This document shows, in pieces, positions 39,679-50,294 of a DNA stretch of 64,000 nt (positions within the stretch are counted from its first letter, which is position 1; every line of letters starts with the position of its first letter). A program made the position numbers and the translations under genes. The stretch is from NCBI GenBank assembly GCA_963806035.1, contig CAWDWO010000035.1, forward strand, positions 1 through 64,000, in the 5' to 3' direction. The notes under the pieces were generated by a model, which searched no databases, was not told the origin of the DNA, and was given only the letters and a program-made list of their open reading frames with translations. The stretch is from Candidatus Krumholzibacteriota bacterium (GTDB lineage: Bacteria; Krumholzibacteriota; Krumholzibacteriia; JAJRXK01).

Positions 39679-42600
39679 CTAGAAGGACCCCAGCTGCCGA
39701 CCGAAATATCCCCCGAGACTCTGGTTGCCGCGCTGGATCTTCAAGTCGGGAATACTCCTGAGGTAGATCCGGAAGGAGAAGTCGGAGGAGTTGGTGAGCG
39801 AGCGGCGAAACTCGATGCGCCACATGTGGATGTCGCGGCTGAGGCTGTAGCTCTGGTTCGTGAAATTTCCCGTCTCGACGTCGAAATTGGCCGAGTAGTC
39901 CAGGTTCCAGGAGATGGGAAGAATGGCGCTCATCCGGGTGGAAATCGTGGCGCGCGTGGGACTGTCCTTGCCGTTGGTGATGCTGGCGCGCGCGTTGAAG
40001 TTCCACGGCATCGTGTTGTCGTTGCTGCTTCTCTCGAGCTGAGTCCCTCCGTTTTGCCCGTACCAGCTCTGCTCCTCCTCGCGCGCGGTGGACAGGGTGT
40101 CCGCCGGTTCTCCGATGCGTTCCACCACGGCGTTCTTGGGTTCCTTTCGCTCGAGGAACAGTCCGCCGAAATCCATCTTGCCGTCCAGGCGCAGGTTCGT
40201 GCTGACGGTGGTGGACAGCACCTGGAAGCGGTAGGGATCGAGAGACTGGTTCATGGTGAAGTCGACGGCGCGGGTGAAGCCCGGACTGATGCGCACCGTG
40301 GACCCGATGTTGTCCCAGTTCTTCCCCGCGGGATCGTCGGGCCGGTAATTGGTCGCGAGATCCCAAGTGAGCAGACGCTCGAGCTTGCGGATCTCCTCCT
40401 GATCCGCGCTCTTTTCGCCCGTGCTGCTCTTCGCATCGAGCGTGTCCGCGCTGGCCCTGCTCGTACCCGCACTCGCGGAAGCAGAACTCGAACCCGCCGC
40501 ATACTTGAAACTGAACTCGTTCCCCACGCGAATCCCGATGCTCTGACTCGCGCTCTGCTGGTCGCCGAGTTGAGGGCGCCAGGAGTGACTGAACGAGAGC
40601 GAGAACTTGTGTTTGATTCCGCGCAGCGCGCCGATGTGGGTATCGAAAATCCCGTAGAGATTCGTGCTCAAGGAATTGCGCCAGGACAAGCTCGGCGTGG
40701 TGCCCTCGTCGACCGTGTCCGATTCGGAAACGAGATCGTACAGATCTTGGGTCTGGACGTTGCCATCGCCGTCCAGAATGGGATTGCCGTTGTTGTCTTT
40801 GAGAGTGTCCGTCCGCGCCACGTAACTCTGTGAAAAGCTGGACCTGCGTTGGTAGGACTCCGCGAAGCTCCCCGAGGAGGTGAAGTTGAAGGGCCCCAGG
40901 CGGTATTGCGGGTTGTAGCTCAAGCCCCAATTCCCCGAGGCATTCAACTCGTCCACGCGTCCGATCTCGCGCCGCTCGCGCTGGAAGTCGCCCCGATAAC
41001 TCTGGCTGAAGGTCATGTCTCTGAGAAGCTGCGCGGGGGCGCTTCCCTCACCGCGCCGCTTCGCCGGTGCCAGAAGAGGCCGGCTCTTGAAACTGAGACT
41101 GACGCTGGGGAGGGTTTGGCGATAGATGAGATGATCGGTGGTGAGATCGTCGTCCTCGGCGTTCACGTATTGGGTGCGCGTACCGGAGAGATTCAAGCGC
41201 GCGCCCGACTCGAAGCCGCGGCTCATGCTCAGATTGCTGCGCAGTTCCGTGGGCAAGAGATCGGCGGAATTTCCCGTGATGGGATCGATGTTCGTGATGG
41301 TGTTGGAGGTGAGATTTACGTTGGTCGTGAGACTCCAGGCGTCGAAGAGCTCGGGTTGACGATGGTTGGCGAGGAATTTCCACTCCTTGCCCTTCTGGTT
41401 CTCTTTCAGCGTCGTGGTCCAGGTGAATTCCGCGTCCCCGCTGAACTTGTAGCGCACGTTGTAACGGTTTCGAATCTGCAGCGAGAGATCCCGGCGTTCG
41501 TTGAAAGCCCCTTTGAAGGTAAAGTCGGTGTAATCGTTGGTCGCCCAGTAGTAGCCGAGGTCGCGGATGTACCGGCCTTCACGGCCGCTCACTCCCAGGT
41601 TCACGTTGGGGAACATGATTCCGGAGTGGCGGCCGTTGTCGATCTTCTTGAAGAAGAAGGGGAAGGCGAAAACGGGCAGGTCGCTGAGATAGAAAGTGAC
41701 CTGCCGCGCCACCACGCTCTTGCCGATCTTCACTTTCATCTTCTTGGCCGCGAAGTGGTAATGGGGGTGTTCGAGATCGCAGGAGGTGAACATCCCTCCG
41801 CGCACCAGCAGAGTCTCGTCGTTCACCCGCCGCACGTGGCGGCCGTAGTAGAACCCATCGTCGTAGCGCGTGATCCCGTTCTTCACCGCGCCCGTCTTGT
41901 AATCGAAGAGGTAGCCCATCTCGTCGCCCACGAGCTTGCTGCTCGTATCGATGATCATGGGCTCTCCTTCGGCGATCAGCTCCCTCTCGTTGGTGTCGAA
42001 GTCGATGTTCTTGGCGGTCAGGGTGAGATCCTGATGGCTGACGAGAGCGGTACCCTGGATGTTGATGCGCCCCTTGGGCACTCTGAAGGTGGTCGTATCC
42101 CCCGAGTAGCCGACGGTGTCCGCCAGCTTGGAGAAATCCACCAGGCCCGCCTCGGACTCCTCGCCCGGCGCCTCCGCCTGCAGCTTCAGGCTGTCCAGCG
42201 ACACCCCCTCCACCCGGGCCAGGCTGTCCAGGCGCGTCTGGCGCATCCGGGAGAGGGAGTCCCGCTCGGCTCGAATCCGCAACACGCGGCTGCGGTCGAG
42301 AAAATGGTATTTACCCTCACTCTCGCCGGTGATGGAGACACGGTCCACTCGTCCCTGCGCAAACGCGATCTGGATGGAGTCTCCTTGAGCTTCGTTGACC
42401 GAGATCACGTCGCTCTGATCCTCGGGCAGATAGACGCTCTGCGCGTGCCCGCTCACGCTGGTCCGCAGAACTTCCCCGTCGACGAGTTCGATCTTGAGGC
42501 TGTCGCCGTGAAGCTCGTTGGTCAGAGGAATGTTGGTGAACTGCGACTTCAGGGTGTCGGGACTGGAGTCGATCAGACTGGCATTGCCGATGATGGCGAT

Positions 42601-43566
42601 GTGCCGCAACTCGCCGTCGACGTAACCGAAGCGAATGGTCGAACCGTTCATCACCTGATCTTCCTGTTTCACCTCGGGTGATCCGCGCAGAATCAGCAGA
42701 TCTTCGCCGTAGAAATCGGCCGTGTCCGCGTCGGCGACGGTCTGGCCCTGCTGAAAATGGACGCTTCCGATGGCCTTGCTGTGCTCCTTCTGCGTGTCGA
42801 AGCTCATCCACTTGCTCTTCACCGCCGCGGTCTCTCCTTTCTGATGGCGGCTGCGCAAGGTCGGCAGCGAATCGACGTAGGCGTAGCTCTTCCCGCGGTC
42901 GAACACCCCGTGCTCACCGGTGACCACGGTGTGGGCTTCCTCGTCGACCAGTTTCACCGAACCGAAGGCCTCGAGCCGTTCCGCTGAGCGATCGTAGAAG
43001 AGGCTGTCGCCGTCGATGGTGGTGGTCGAATCGACGAGCCGGGCCGAGCCCATCAGCGCCATGGCGTTGCGATAACGCCAGTAGATGCCGCGCTCGCCTG
43101 AGCCCATCGATCCGTCCTCACCCAGCAGACGAACGTGGCCGTAGGCCCATCCCACGCCCTGGGCCTCCTCCACGCGCAGCGAATCGGCCCAAAGCTGCAA
43201 CGAGTCGGTGACGGCGTGAACATTTCCCAGCACCCAGATGTAGCGCTGGCGTTCGTAGTAGCGGGCCCGATCGGCCGTCACGTGGAGCTTGCCCTGCGTG
43301 AAGTAGGCGTTCCCTTCCCCGAAGAAAACAGGGCCCTGAGGGGTGAGCGTACGCCGCCCGGAGTCGGCTCCGTAGTACATGCGCTCGCTGGGGGCGGGAG
43401 TGGCGGCGGAGCGGCTCGAGGGCGCGTTGGCGGCCAGCATGGCCGCCACGGCGAAGATGCCAAAGAGCGCAAAGGAGCGTTGCCCGAGCCGCTTGAAGGG
43501 GAAGGCGGGGCGTCGCGCGCGAAGAAAAGCCGGAACACGGCTCAAGTCAGGACTCCATCTCCCCAT
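39679..43566 (-). CDS. lptD: LPS assembly protein LptD fused to an N-terminal multi-OstA (LptA-like) module
   Basis: Repeated OstA beta-jellyroll units (ADRARY, GNVHA, GDSLFYD, AFGSVKL), then FTSCDLEHPHYH, RHSGIMFP, LGYYWA and C-terminal RDIHMW barrel strands. Start uncertain. Confidence 0.8.
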   Translation of the reverse strand: MGRWSPDLSRVPAFLRARRPAFPFKRLGQRSFALFGIFAVAAMLAANAPSSRSAATPAPSERMYYGADSGRRTLTPQGPVFFGEGNAYFTQGKLHVTADRARYYERQRYIWVLGNVHAVTDSLQLWADSLRVEEAQGVGWAYGHVRLLGEDGSMGSGERGIYWRYRNAMALMGSARLVDSTTTIDGDSLFYDRSAERLEAFGSVKLVDEEAHTVVTGEHGVFDRGKSYAYVDSLPTLRSRHQKGETAAVKSKWMSFDTQKEHSKAIGSVHFQQGQTVADADTADFYGEDLLILRGSPEVKQEDQVMNGSTIRFGYVDGELRHIAIIGNASLIDSSPDTLKSQFTNIPLTNELHGDSLKIELVDGEVLRTSVSGHAQSVYLPEDQSDVISVNEAQGDSIQIAFAQGRVDRVSITGESEGKYHFLDRSRVLRIRAERDSLSRMRQTRLDSLARVEGVSLDSLKLQAEAPGEESEAGLVDFSKLADTVGYSGDTTTFRVPKGRINIQGTALVSHQDLTLTAKNIDFDTNERELIAEGEPMIIDTSSKLVGDEMGYLFDYKTGAVKNGITRYDDGFYYGRHVRRVNDETLLVRGGMFTSCDLEHPHYHFAAKKMKVKIGKSVVARQVTFYLSDLPVFAFPFFFKKIDNGRHSGIMFPNVNLGVSGREGRYIRDLGYYWATNDYTDFTFKGAFNERRDLSLQIRNRYNVRYKFSGDAEFTWTTTLKENQKGKEWKFLANHRQPELFDAWSLTTNVNLTSNTITNIDPITGNSADLLPTELRSNLSMSRGFESGARLNLSGTRTQYVNAEDDDLTTDHLIYRQTLPSVSLSFKSRPLLAPAKRRGEGSAPAQLLRDMTFSQSYRGDFQRERREIGRVDELNASGNWGLSYNPQYRLGPFNFTSSGSFAESYQRRSSFSQSYVARTDTLKDNNGNPILDGDGNVQTQDLYDLVSESDTVDEGTTPSLSWRNSLSTNLYGIFDTHIGALRGIKHKFSLSFSHSWRPQLGDQQSASQSIGIRVGNEFSFKYAAGSSSASASAGTSRASADTLDAKSSTGEKSADQEEIRKLERLLTWDLATNYRPDDPAGKNWDNIGSTVRISPGFTRAVDFTMNQSLDPYRFQVLSTTVSTNLRLDGKMDFGGLFLERKEPKNAVVERIGEPADTLSTAREEEQSWYGQNGGTQLERSSNDNTMPWNFNARASITNGKDSPTRATISTRMSAILPISWNLDYSANFDVETGNFTNQSYSLSRDIHMWRIEFRRSLTNSSDFSFRIYLRSIPDLKIQRGNQSLGGYFGRQLGSF

Positions 43567-44524
43567 TCGCCGAGAGCGCGTGGCGTGAAAGTAGGGCGGC
43601 TCCGATGGCCGCTGCGGGGAGCCCGAGTTCGGCGGCCACCATGCGCACCCCCTTCCGGGCGGCGGGCATGGACCGCTCTTTCATGCTCTTGCGTGCCGGC
43701 CCCAACAACGCGTCTCCGCTCAGGGCCGCTCCCCCTCCGATCACGATGAGGTCGGGGTTGAAGATGTTCACGTAGCTCGCGCAGACCAAACCCAACAGAC
43801 GCCCCACGTCCGCCAAGATGGCTGCGCTGAGGGGATCCCCCTTCTCGGCCGCGGCGGCGATGGCGCGGGTCGAAAGCTCACCCTCGGCGCGACAGGCCGT
43901 CAGCAGCGCTTCCTTCTGTTCGTCATCCGCCGCGTCCAGGCGGCTCCCCGCCAGCACCGCGATTCCCTTGCTCCCCAGATAGGCCTCCACGTGGCCGGGC
44001 TCTCCACAGCTGCAATCCGGCCCGTCGACTTGGATGGTCATATGTCCCAACTCCCCAGCCACCCCGCGAGTTCCCCGGTAGAGCTTGCCATCGACGAGAA
44101 TGGCTCCACCCACTCCGGTTCCCAGGGCGAGGAGGATCATGTGCCGCGCTTTTTTCCCCGCGCCCAGCTCGAATTCGCCGTAGGCCATCGCGTTCACGTC
44201 GTTCTCCGCCACCACGGGCAACCCCATGAGGCTCTCGGAGACTTCGTCCGCCACACGCCAAGAGCGGAGCTTTCGCAGATTGGGCGCATCTTCCAAGATC
44301 CCCTCGTTGGTCAGGAGTCCCGCCACCGCCACCCCGGCCGCGACCGGCGCTTCCTTCGCGCGCAACCAGGGCATCACCGCCTCTTGCAGTCGATTCAGAA
44401 AGTCCGATGGACCTGAGAGATCCTGGGTGGAGAAGTTCTTCTCCTGCCTCAGCTTGTCGTCATCCCCCAAGAGAACCAGCTTGCAGCTGCTCCCGCCGAT
44501 ATCGATGCCGAGAACTGCGCTCAC
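43547..44524 (-). CDS. ROK family sugar kinase (glucokinase-like)
   Basis: GIDIGGS, ENDVNA, LGTGVGG, GELGH, CSCGEPGHVEAY. Confidence 0.9.
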   Translation of the reverse strand: MSAVLGIDIGGSSCKLVLLGDDDKLRQEKNFSTQDLSGPSDFLNRLQEAVMPWLRAKEAPVAAGVAVAGLLTNEGILEDAPNLRKLRSWRVADEVSESLMGLPVVAENDVNAMAYGEFELGAGKKARHMILLALGTGVGGAILVDGKLYRGTRGVAGELGHMTIQVDGPDCSCGEPGHVEAYLGSKGIAVLAGSRLDAADDEQKEALLTACRAEGELSTRAIAAAAEKGDPLSAAILADVGRLLGLVCASYVNIFNPDLIVIGGGAALSGDALLGPARKSMKERSMPAARKGVRMVAAELGLPAAAIGAALLSRHALSANGEMES

Positions 44525-45904
44525 CGCGATGCCTCCTGCTTCTGCGTACGGGGACGTGAGCGTAAGGGCTCACCTTCGTCCCAGAGTGTCGGCCAGTTGG
44601 GCGCGTGGATGTCATCGAAGCCGAGGCGATCCAGGGCTTCGGCGACCGTGAAGTTCGAGCCGGTGAGCAAAACGGAGGGGCGGCCGCCCGCTTCGCGCCG
44701 GCGCTGGGCCCAGCTGCGCGCGAAGAGCGAGGCTCTCGCGAACTCCGCCCAACTCCAATACCGGCGAGTCCCCGCCTTTGGGCGCCTCCAGCAGCAATCT
44801 CCGCAACTTCGCCGCGGGCAGCGAGCGATACCAGGTGGGCTCGGTGCAGAGAACCAGCGCGGCGCTTCGGCGCGCCGCGGCCATGGCACTGCGCAGCCTC
44901 TTGTCGCGCATCACCCCCAACACCAAGATGCGGTCCTCCTTCTTCCCTTCGCGGCTCCACTGGTCCAAGAGACTCTTGAGGGCCGGGGCGTTGTGCGCGG
45001 TATCCAGGATCAGCTCGGGATCCTTGCCCACGAGCTCGTAGCGGTAGGGAAACCGCAGCTCGGCCAGCGCGGCCCGGGCATCGCCCCGTGGCCAAGAATA
45101 ACGCGCGCTCAGATCCTCATAGCACGCTCTCACCACCGAAGCCAGAACCGCCTGGTGCCGGCCGCGTTGCGCCATCTCTCCCCGGTAGGGCGGACAGCCG
45201 CTCAGGTCGATGGCTTCCGCGCCGCGAGTGGCCAGGAACTCCAGCGCGTACTCACGCAGATCAGAAGAAAGCGGTCCCAGATAGAAGGGGCGCCCGCGCC
45301 TGGCCAGACCGAGCTTTTCCGTCGCGATCTCGCGCAGACTGTTCCCCAGAATGTGCTGATGATCCGCCCCCACCGAACACAGAAGCACCCCGCAGGCCTC
45401 GACCGCGTTCGTCGCGTCGAGGCGACCTCCCAGGCCCGTTTCGAGCACGGCCAGCTCGACACCCTTGCGCGCGAAGTGGCAGAGGGTGAGAGCGGTCATC
45501 GCCTCGAAGAAGGTCGCGCCGCGCTCGACGATCGCCTCGCGGTATTCGCTCAAAAGCGCGGAGAGTTCCGCGCTCGAGATCGGCACTCCATCCACCAGGG
45601 CCCGTTCGTGGATTTTCAGGATGTGGGGACTGGTATACAGGCCGGTTCTTCTCCCCGCCGCCCGGCTCAGTGCGTCGAAGAGGATGGCCGCGCTACCCTT
45701 GCCGTTGGTGCCCGCCACCACCACGCTCTCGAAGTGGCGCTCTGGATGATCCATGTCGCCAAGGAGCGCCTTGATCGAGGACAGACCGAGGCGCATCCCC
45801 AGGCGCTGCAAACCAAAGAGCCAGCGGGCGGCTTCATCGGTGGCGCGGAATGGCGGGAGAAGTGCGTCGAGATCGAGTTGCTCAGGAATGGGCTCCGGCC
45901 CCAT
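44521..45904 (-). CDS. folC: Bifunctional folylpolyglutamate/dihydrofolate synthase, one frameshift near 44729
   Basis: AGTNGKGS, YTSPH, ETGLGGRLDATN, DTAHN; the C-terminal LLTGSNFTVAEA lies in the next frame (ORF 44521..44889). Confidence 0.88.
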
Positions 45905-46796
45905 TGGACTCCTCCCGCCAGGGCTTCACACCATCGCAAAAGAAACGAAGAGCCTCATGCACCTCGTGCTTGAGATTCTTGCGCTCCACGATGCGATCCA
46001 CCATCCCGTGCTCGAGGAGGAATTCGCTTCGCTGGAAGCCTTCTGGGAGCTCGGCATTGATCGTCTGTTGGATGACCCTTGGTCCCGCGAAACCGATGAG
46101 CGCCCCGGGCTCGGCGAAGATGACGTCGCCGAGCATGGCGAAGCTGGCCGTGACGCCCCCGGTGGTGGGATTGGTCAAAATGGAAATGAAAGGCAATCCC
46201 TCCTCCGCGAGCCGCGCGAGCATCGCGCTCGTCTTCGCCATCTGCATCAGAGACAGGATCGACTCCTGCATGCGTGCGCCGCCACTGCGACTGAGAATGA
46301 TGACGGGGAGCTCGTTCGTGATCCCGTCCTTCACACAGCGTGCGATTTTCTCCCCCACCACCGAACCCATGCTGCCCCCGAGAAAGGAGAAGTCCATGAC
46401 GCTCAGGGCGGTCTTCACTCCGTAGATTTCGGCGAAGCCGGTGAGGACCGCGTCTTCCTTGCCCGTCTTGTTGCGATTGTCCTTGATCCGGTCGCGGTAA
46501 CGTTTGGAGTCCTTGAAGTTCAAGGGGTCGCCGCTCACCAGCCCGCGGTGCGTCTCCTCGAAGGAGTCCTCGTCCACCAGCAAGTGAAGATACTGTTCGG
46601 TGGTGATGGCCATGTGGTGGCCGCACTGGTAGCAGACCCAGAGATTCGCCGCGAGTTCCTTGTGGTAGATGAGGTCGCCGCAGGACGAGCACTTGGTCCA
46701 GAGATTCTCCGGAACCTCCAGATGCGGACGCACCTTGGTGCCGTCCTTTCGCAGTTGCTCGATTCCCTTGCGCGCGCGCTTGAGCCAGGATGGCAT
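45882..46796 (-). CDS. accD: Acetyl-CoA carboxylase carboxyltransferase beta subunit
   Basis: LWTKCSSC...CYQC Zn finger, GGSMGSVVGEK, SGGARMQE, FAGPRVI. Confidence 0.97.
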   Translation of the reverse strand: MPSWLKRARKGIEQLRKDGTKVRPHLEVPENLWTKCSSCGDLIYHKELAANLWVCYQCGHHMAITTEQYLHLLVDEDSFEETHRGLVSGDPLNFKDSKRYRDRIKDNRNKTGKEDAVLTGFAEIYGVKTALSVMDFSFLGGSMGSVVGEKIARCVKDGITNELPVIILSRSGGARMQESILSLMQMAKTSAMLARLAEEGLPFISILTNPTTGGVTASFAMLGDVIFAEPGALIGFAGPRVIQQTINAELPEGFQRSEFLLEHGMVDRIVERKNLKHEVHEALRFFCDGVKPWREESNGAGAHS

Positions 46797-46896
46797 GGGG
46801 CTACTCTCTCCCTACGGTGTCTTGATGGGCTGAACTCGTCCTCAATCTAGGCCCCTTTTGCACCTTTCGACAATCGCTTTTAGAACCGGCGCCGCT

Positions 46897-47382
46897 CTAG
46901 CGCGGAGCGGGATCGGGGGTGAATCCGCCCTCAGGGCCCAGATTCTTGAGCATCACCAGCGCATCTTCGCCCGTATCCGGGTAATAGCCTTTCCGCAGCG
47001 CGATCTCCTTGAAGCCGTTTCGCCGGTAGAAAGCGCGCGCGGATTCGTTGTCCACTCTCACCTCCAGGGTGACGAGGGAAGCCTCCCTGGCGCGCGGATG
47101 CTTCAATACCGCCTGAAGGAGCGCCTGACCATGACCCTTGCGCCGCTGTGTTTCGATGACTCCCAAATTGACCACGTGCAACTCGTCGGCCACGGCCCAG
47201 CAGAAGATGTAGCCGACGGGGATCTCCTCTTGCAGGGCCAGCAGCGCGATGCGGAGGGGATCGCCGCTGAGCTCGGCCGCGATCATCTCCTCGCTCCAGG
47301 GAGTGGGGAAGATGCTCGCCTCCATGGCGCGGATGGTGCTCAAGTCGTTGAGAGTGGCGGGACGAATTTTCAGCTCGCTCAT
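46897..47382 (-). CDS. rimI: Ribosomal protein alanine N-acetyltransferase
   Basis: F..PWS, RRKGHG, LEVR..N..A..FY..GF, RKGYY..GEDA. Confidence 0.9.
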   Translation of the reverse strand: MSELKIRPATLNDLSTIRAMEASIFPTPWSEEMIAAELSGDPLRIALLALQEEIPVGYIFCWAVADELHVVNLGVIETQRRKGHGQALLQAVLKHPRAREASLVTLEVRVDNESARAFYRRNGFKEIALRKGYYPDTGEDALVMLKNLGPEGGFTPDPAPR

Positions 47383-48164
47383 CGCGAGCGCCTCTTGTCG
47401 AAGGATCGCAGCTGCTCATCCTTGACCCTGATCCCCGCGGCGCGTTCGGCCTGACTGGGCCCGAGGTAGACGGGAAGCAAAGCAGCGGGATCCACGCGTT
47501 CACACCAATGACATTGCGCGCCGACCGCCAAGGCCAGAGTGCTCGCCAAGGGAGTCGGCTTCAGGAATTTCCTGCCTTCCAGGAGCTCAGAGGCCGCATC
47601 GCGCGCGAGCCCGAGGGTCTCTTCGCCGTCGGCGGAAACGAGATCGAGCGCTGACTCGTTCCGCAATTCGTCCTGCAAACTCGAAAAGAGCGCGCGCCAG
47701 GGCGAGCGCACACATTGCAGCGTGTTGTCGCGCAGTTCGTACACGGCGGCGTATACCGCCTCCCGGCCCGCCTCCATCAGCGCCAATACGCGCGCCGGCT
47801 TCGCGGTCTTGGGCGAGGGAGTCTCCCCCGCGCCCTCCGGCCCGAGGAGCGCCTGGCCGGCGAGCAATTCCAGGCTGGTGCAGCCGAAAAGCGCCAGCCC
47901 GCCGGCGTGCGCGAGACTCTTGGCGGTCATCACCCCGATGCGCAGCCCGGTATAGGAACCGGGCCCGGTGACCACCGCCAGCTGGGCGATCTCTCCACGG
48001 GTGCGGCCGGCAGTTTCGAGCGCGCGGTCGGCGAGACCGAAAAAGGCTTCCGCGTAGCCCAGGGCCGGATCGTGCTCGACGAGGGCCAACAGCTTCCGGC
48101 CCTCGGCGAGAGCGACGGACCCTCCGCGGCGGCGCGAGGAATCGAGGGCCAGGATCAGGCTCAT
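47379..48164 (-). CDS. tsaB: tRNA t6A biosynthesis protein TsaB
   Basis: ILALDSS, GPGSYTGLRIG, P.YL...AER; start 48164 overlaps the tsaE stop. Confidence 0.9.
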   Translation of the reverse strand: MSLILALDSSRRRGGSVALAEGRKLLALVEHDPALGYAEAFFGLADRALETAGRTRGEIAQLAVVTGPGSYTGLRIGVMTAKSLAHAGGLALFGCTSLELLAGQALLGPEGAGETPSPKTAKPARVLALMEAGREAVYAAVYELRDNTLQCVRSPWRALFSSLQDELRNESALDLVSADGEETLGLARDAASELLEGRKFLKPTPLASTLALAVGAQCHWCERVDPAALLPVYLGPSQAERAAGIRVKDEQLRSFDKRRSR

Positions 48165-48676
48165 GCGCTCCTCTCCTTCGTCCACGCCGACGCCAGGCTG
48201 GGGGCGAGCTTGTCTCGCGTATGCGAGAGTTCCAGAATGCGGGTCGTGCTCTTTGCCGCCGTTTGGTGCGCCAAGCTGAGCCGTAAATTGTAACAGGGCG
48301 CGAGGTATTCGCTGAGCGCTTCCGCCCACTCGACCAGGACCAGGGCCCCCTCCTCCCGCGCCTCCAAAAGAGACGCACAGAGGTCCTCCTCGACCCTGCC
48401 CTCCATCCGGTAGAGATCGGCGTGAACCGCGGTGGCAATCCCGTGCGTGCCGTGCAGAGGATAACGATTTTCCAGAGTGAAGGTGGGCGAAGTCACGATG
48501 CGTTCGTCGGCGCCCAGCGCGGACAGAACGCCCTTCACGAAAGTCGTCTTGCCCGCGCCGAGATCTCCGAAGAGACAGATCGCATCTCGAGCGCGGAGCT
48601 CTGCCGCGAGGGCGGCGGCCAACTGCGTCGTTTCCGCGACGCTGTGAGTCTCGGCAACCAGTCGTCCGCGGAACAC
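48161..48676 (-). CDS. tsaE: tRNA t6A biosynthesis ATPase TsaE
   Basis: GDLGAGKTT, VTSPTF, HADLYR, VEW. Confidence 0.95.
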   Translation of the reverse strand: MFRGRLVAETHSVAETTQLAAALAAELRARDAICLFGDLGAGKTTFVKGVLSALGADERIVTSPTFTLENRYPLHGTHGIATAVHADLYRMEGRVEEDLCASLLEAREEGALVLVEWAEALSEYLAPCYNLRLSLAHQTAAKSTTRILELSHTRDKLAPSLASAWTKERSA

Positions 48677-48677
48677 G

Positions 48678-50232
48678 TCAGTCCACCGTGAGAGTGCAAC
48701 AGGGCACGATCATCTCTTCCAAAGAAATGCCCCCGTGCTGAAACGAACCACGGTACTGCCGTTCGTACTCGTGATAATTCGTGGGATAGACGAAGTAGTT
48801 GTAATCCTTGGCGCAGATGTAGTTCTGGATGGGTGAGTCCTGCGGCAAACCGTATTCGAGCGGGTTCTTCATGATGAACGCGGTGCGGGCGTCGACGTTC
48901 AGATTGTCCCCGTACTTGTAGCGCACGTTGTTGGAGGCCTCCTTCTTGGCCTTCACCTTCGCCGCCTTGCGAACTTGCACCGAACCATGGTCGGTGGTGA
49001 TGACGACCACGTTGCCGCTGTTCTGTGCCAAGGATCGCAAAAGGTCGAAGATCGCCGAGTGCTGGAACCACGAGCGCATCACGCTGCGGAAGGCGACCTC
49101 ATCGGGCGCGAGCTCCATGAGCAGATCGTTGGTGGAGCGTCCATGGGCCAGGATGTCCAGGAAGTTGATCACCCCCACGACCAGAGGGACGTCTCCCAGG
49201 CTGGGGATCTGCTTCGCCATCGCCTCGGTCTCGTCGATGTTGAAGGTCTTGAAGTACTTGAAGCCCATCTCGCCGAGTCCAATTCGCTTGAGCTGCGCCT
49301 GAAGCAGCTGCGGCTCGAATGCGTTCTTGCTGCGCTCCTCGCGCGCCGATCCGCGCCACCACTTGGGATAGCGCTTGGAGATTTCCAGAGGACTCAAGCC
49401 GGCGAAGATGGCGTTGCGCGCGAAGGGAGTAGCCGAGGGTAGCATGCTGTAATAGAGACTCTCCTGCAGTTGATACATGGGAGTGAGGAAGCTCGCGAGC
49501 TGACGCCACTGGTCCAGGCGCATGCAGTCGATCACGAAGAAGAAGACCTTCTTGCCCGCCTTGAGGTGGGGAGCGACCCACTTCTGGACCACGTCGGTGC
49601 TCATGACCGGGCGCTCACTGGAACTCATCCAGGACTTGTAATGGTCCTCCACGAAACGCCCGAAGTTGCTGTTGGCGTCGCGCAGCTGCTCGCGATGGGT
49701 CTGCACCAGCGAAGTATCGGAGAGATCTCCCAGTCTGAGTTCCCAGGTCGACGAGTTCCTCGAAGATCCTCGACCAGTCCTCGTGGCTGCGTGCCTCCAG
49801 GCGGTCGCGGGTCAGCTGGTTGAAGCCCCGCAGATAGTCCTGCGCCACCTGGCGTTCCTGGATGGCTCCCTCGTCGAGCGTCTTTTTTAGCGAAAGAAGG
49901 ATTTGGTTGGGATTGACCGGCTTCACCAGGAAGTCGTTGATGCGGCGGCCCAGGGCGCGGTCCATGAGCTCTTCTTCGTCGCTCTTGGTGATCATGATCA
50001 CCGGAATGCTGTCGTTGAGCTGGCGGATTCCTTGCAGGGTCTCGATGCCGTTGCGCCCGGGCATCATTTCGTCGAGCAAGATCACGTCGAAGCGGCGCTC
50101 TTTGAGCAGCGCGAGGGCGTCATCTCCGTTGCTCACTCCCTCGACCTCGAAACCCCTGGCCTGAAGGAAGAGAATCTGACTGCGCAGCTCCTCGATTTGA
50201 TCGTCGACCCACAAGACGCTTCGTGTCGGCAT
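48678..50232 (-). CDS. PorX-like response regulator (REC + PglZ/alkaline phosphatase domain), one extra C near 49746
   Basis: VLWVDDQI, LLDEMMPG, MITKSDEE, KPVNPNQI; IDCMRLDQW, LPSATPFARNAIF, TTDHG, FQHGGISLEEM. Removing one C from GACC.TGG restores LVDWELRL. Confidence 0.85.
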
Positions 50233-50294
50233 GGCTTCTCCCGGCTGAATCCCTGGAAAAGAAGCTAAGTCAATTCGGCGCAATCCACGAGCTC

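Noticed and set aside
44715..44740. Frameshift in folC as programmed recoding or pseudogene
   Set aside because: Single-base indel in a normally essential gene with no slippery heptamer; other indels in the window point to sequencing error
49735..49755. Separate REC and PglZ genes
   Set aside because: Deleting one C restores the conserved LVxWEL segment of a single PorX-like protein
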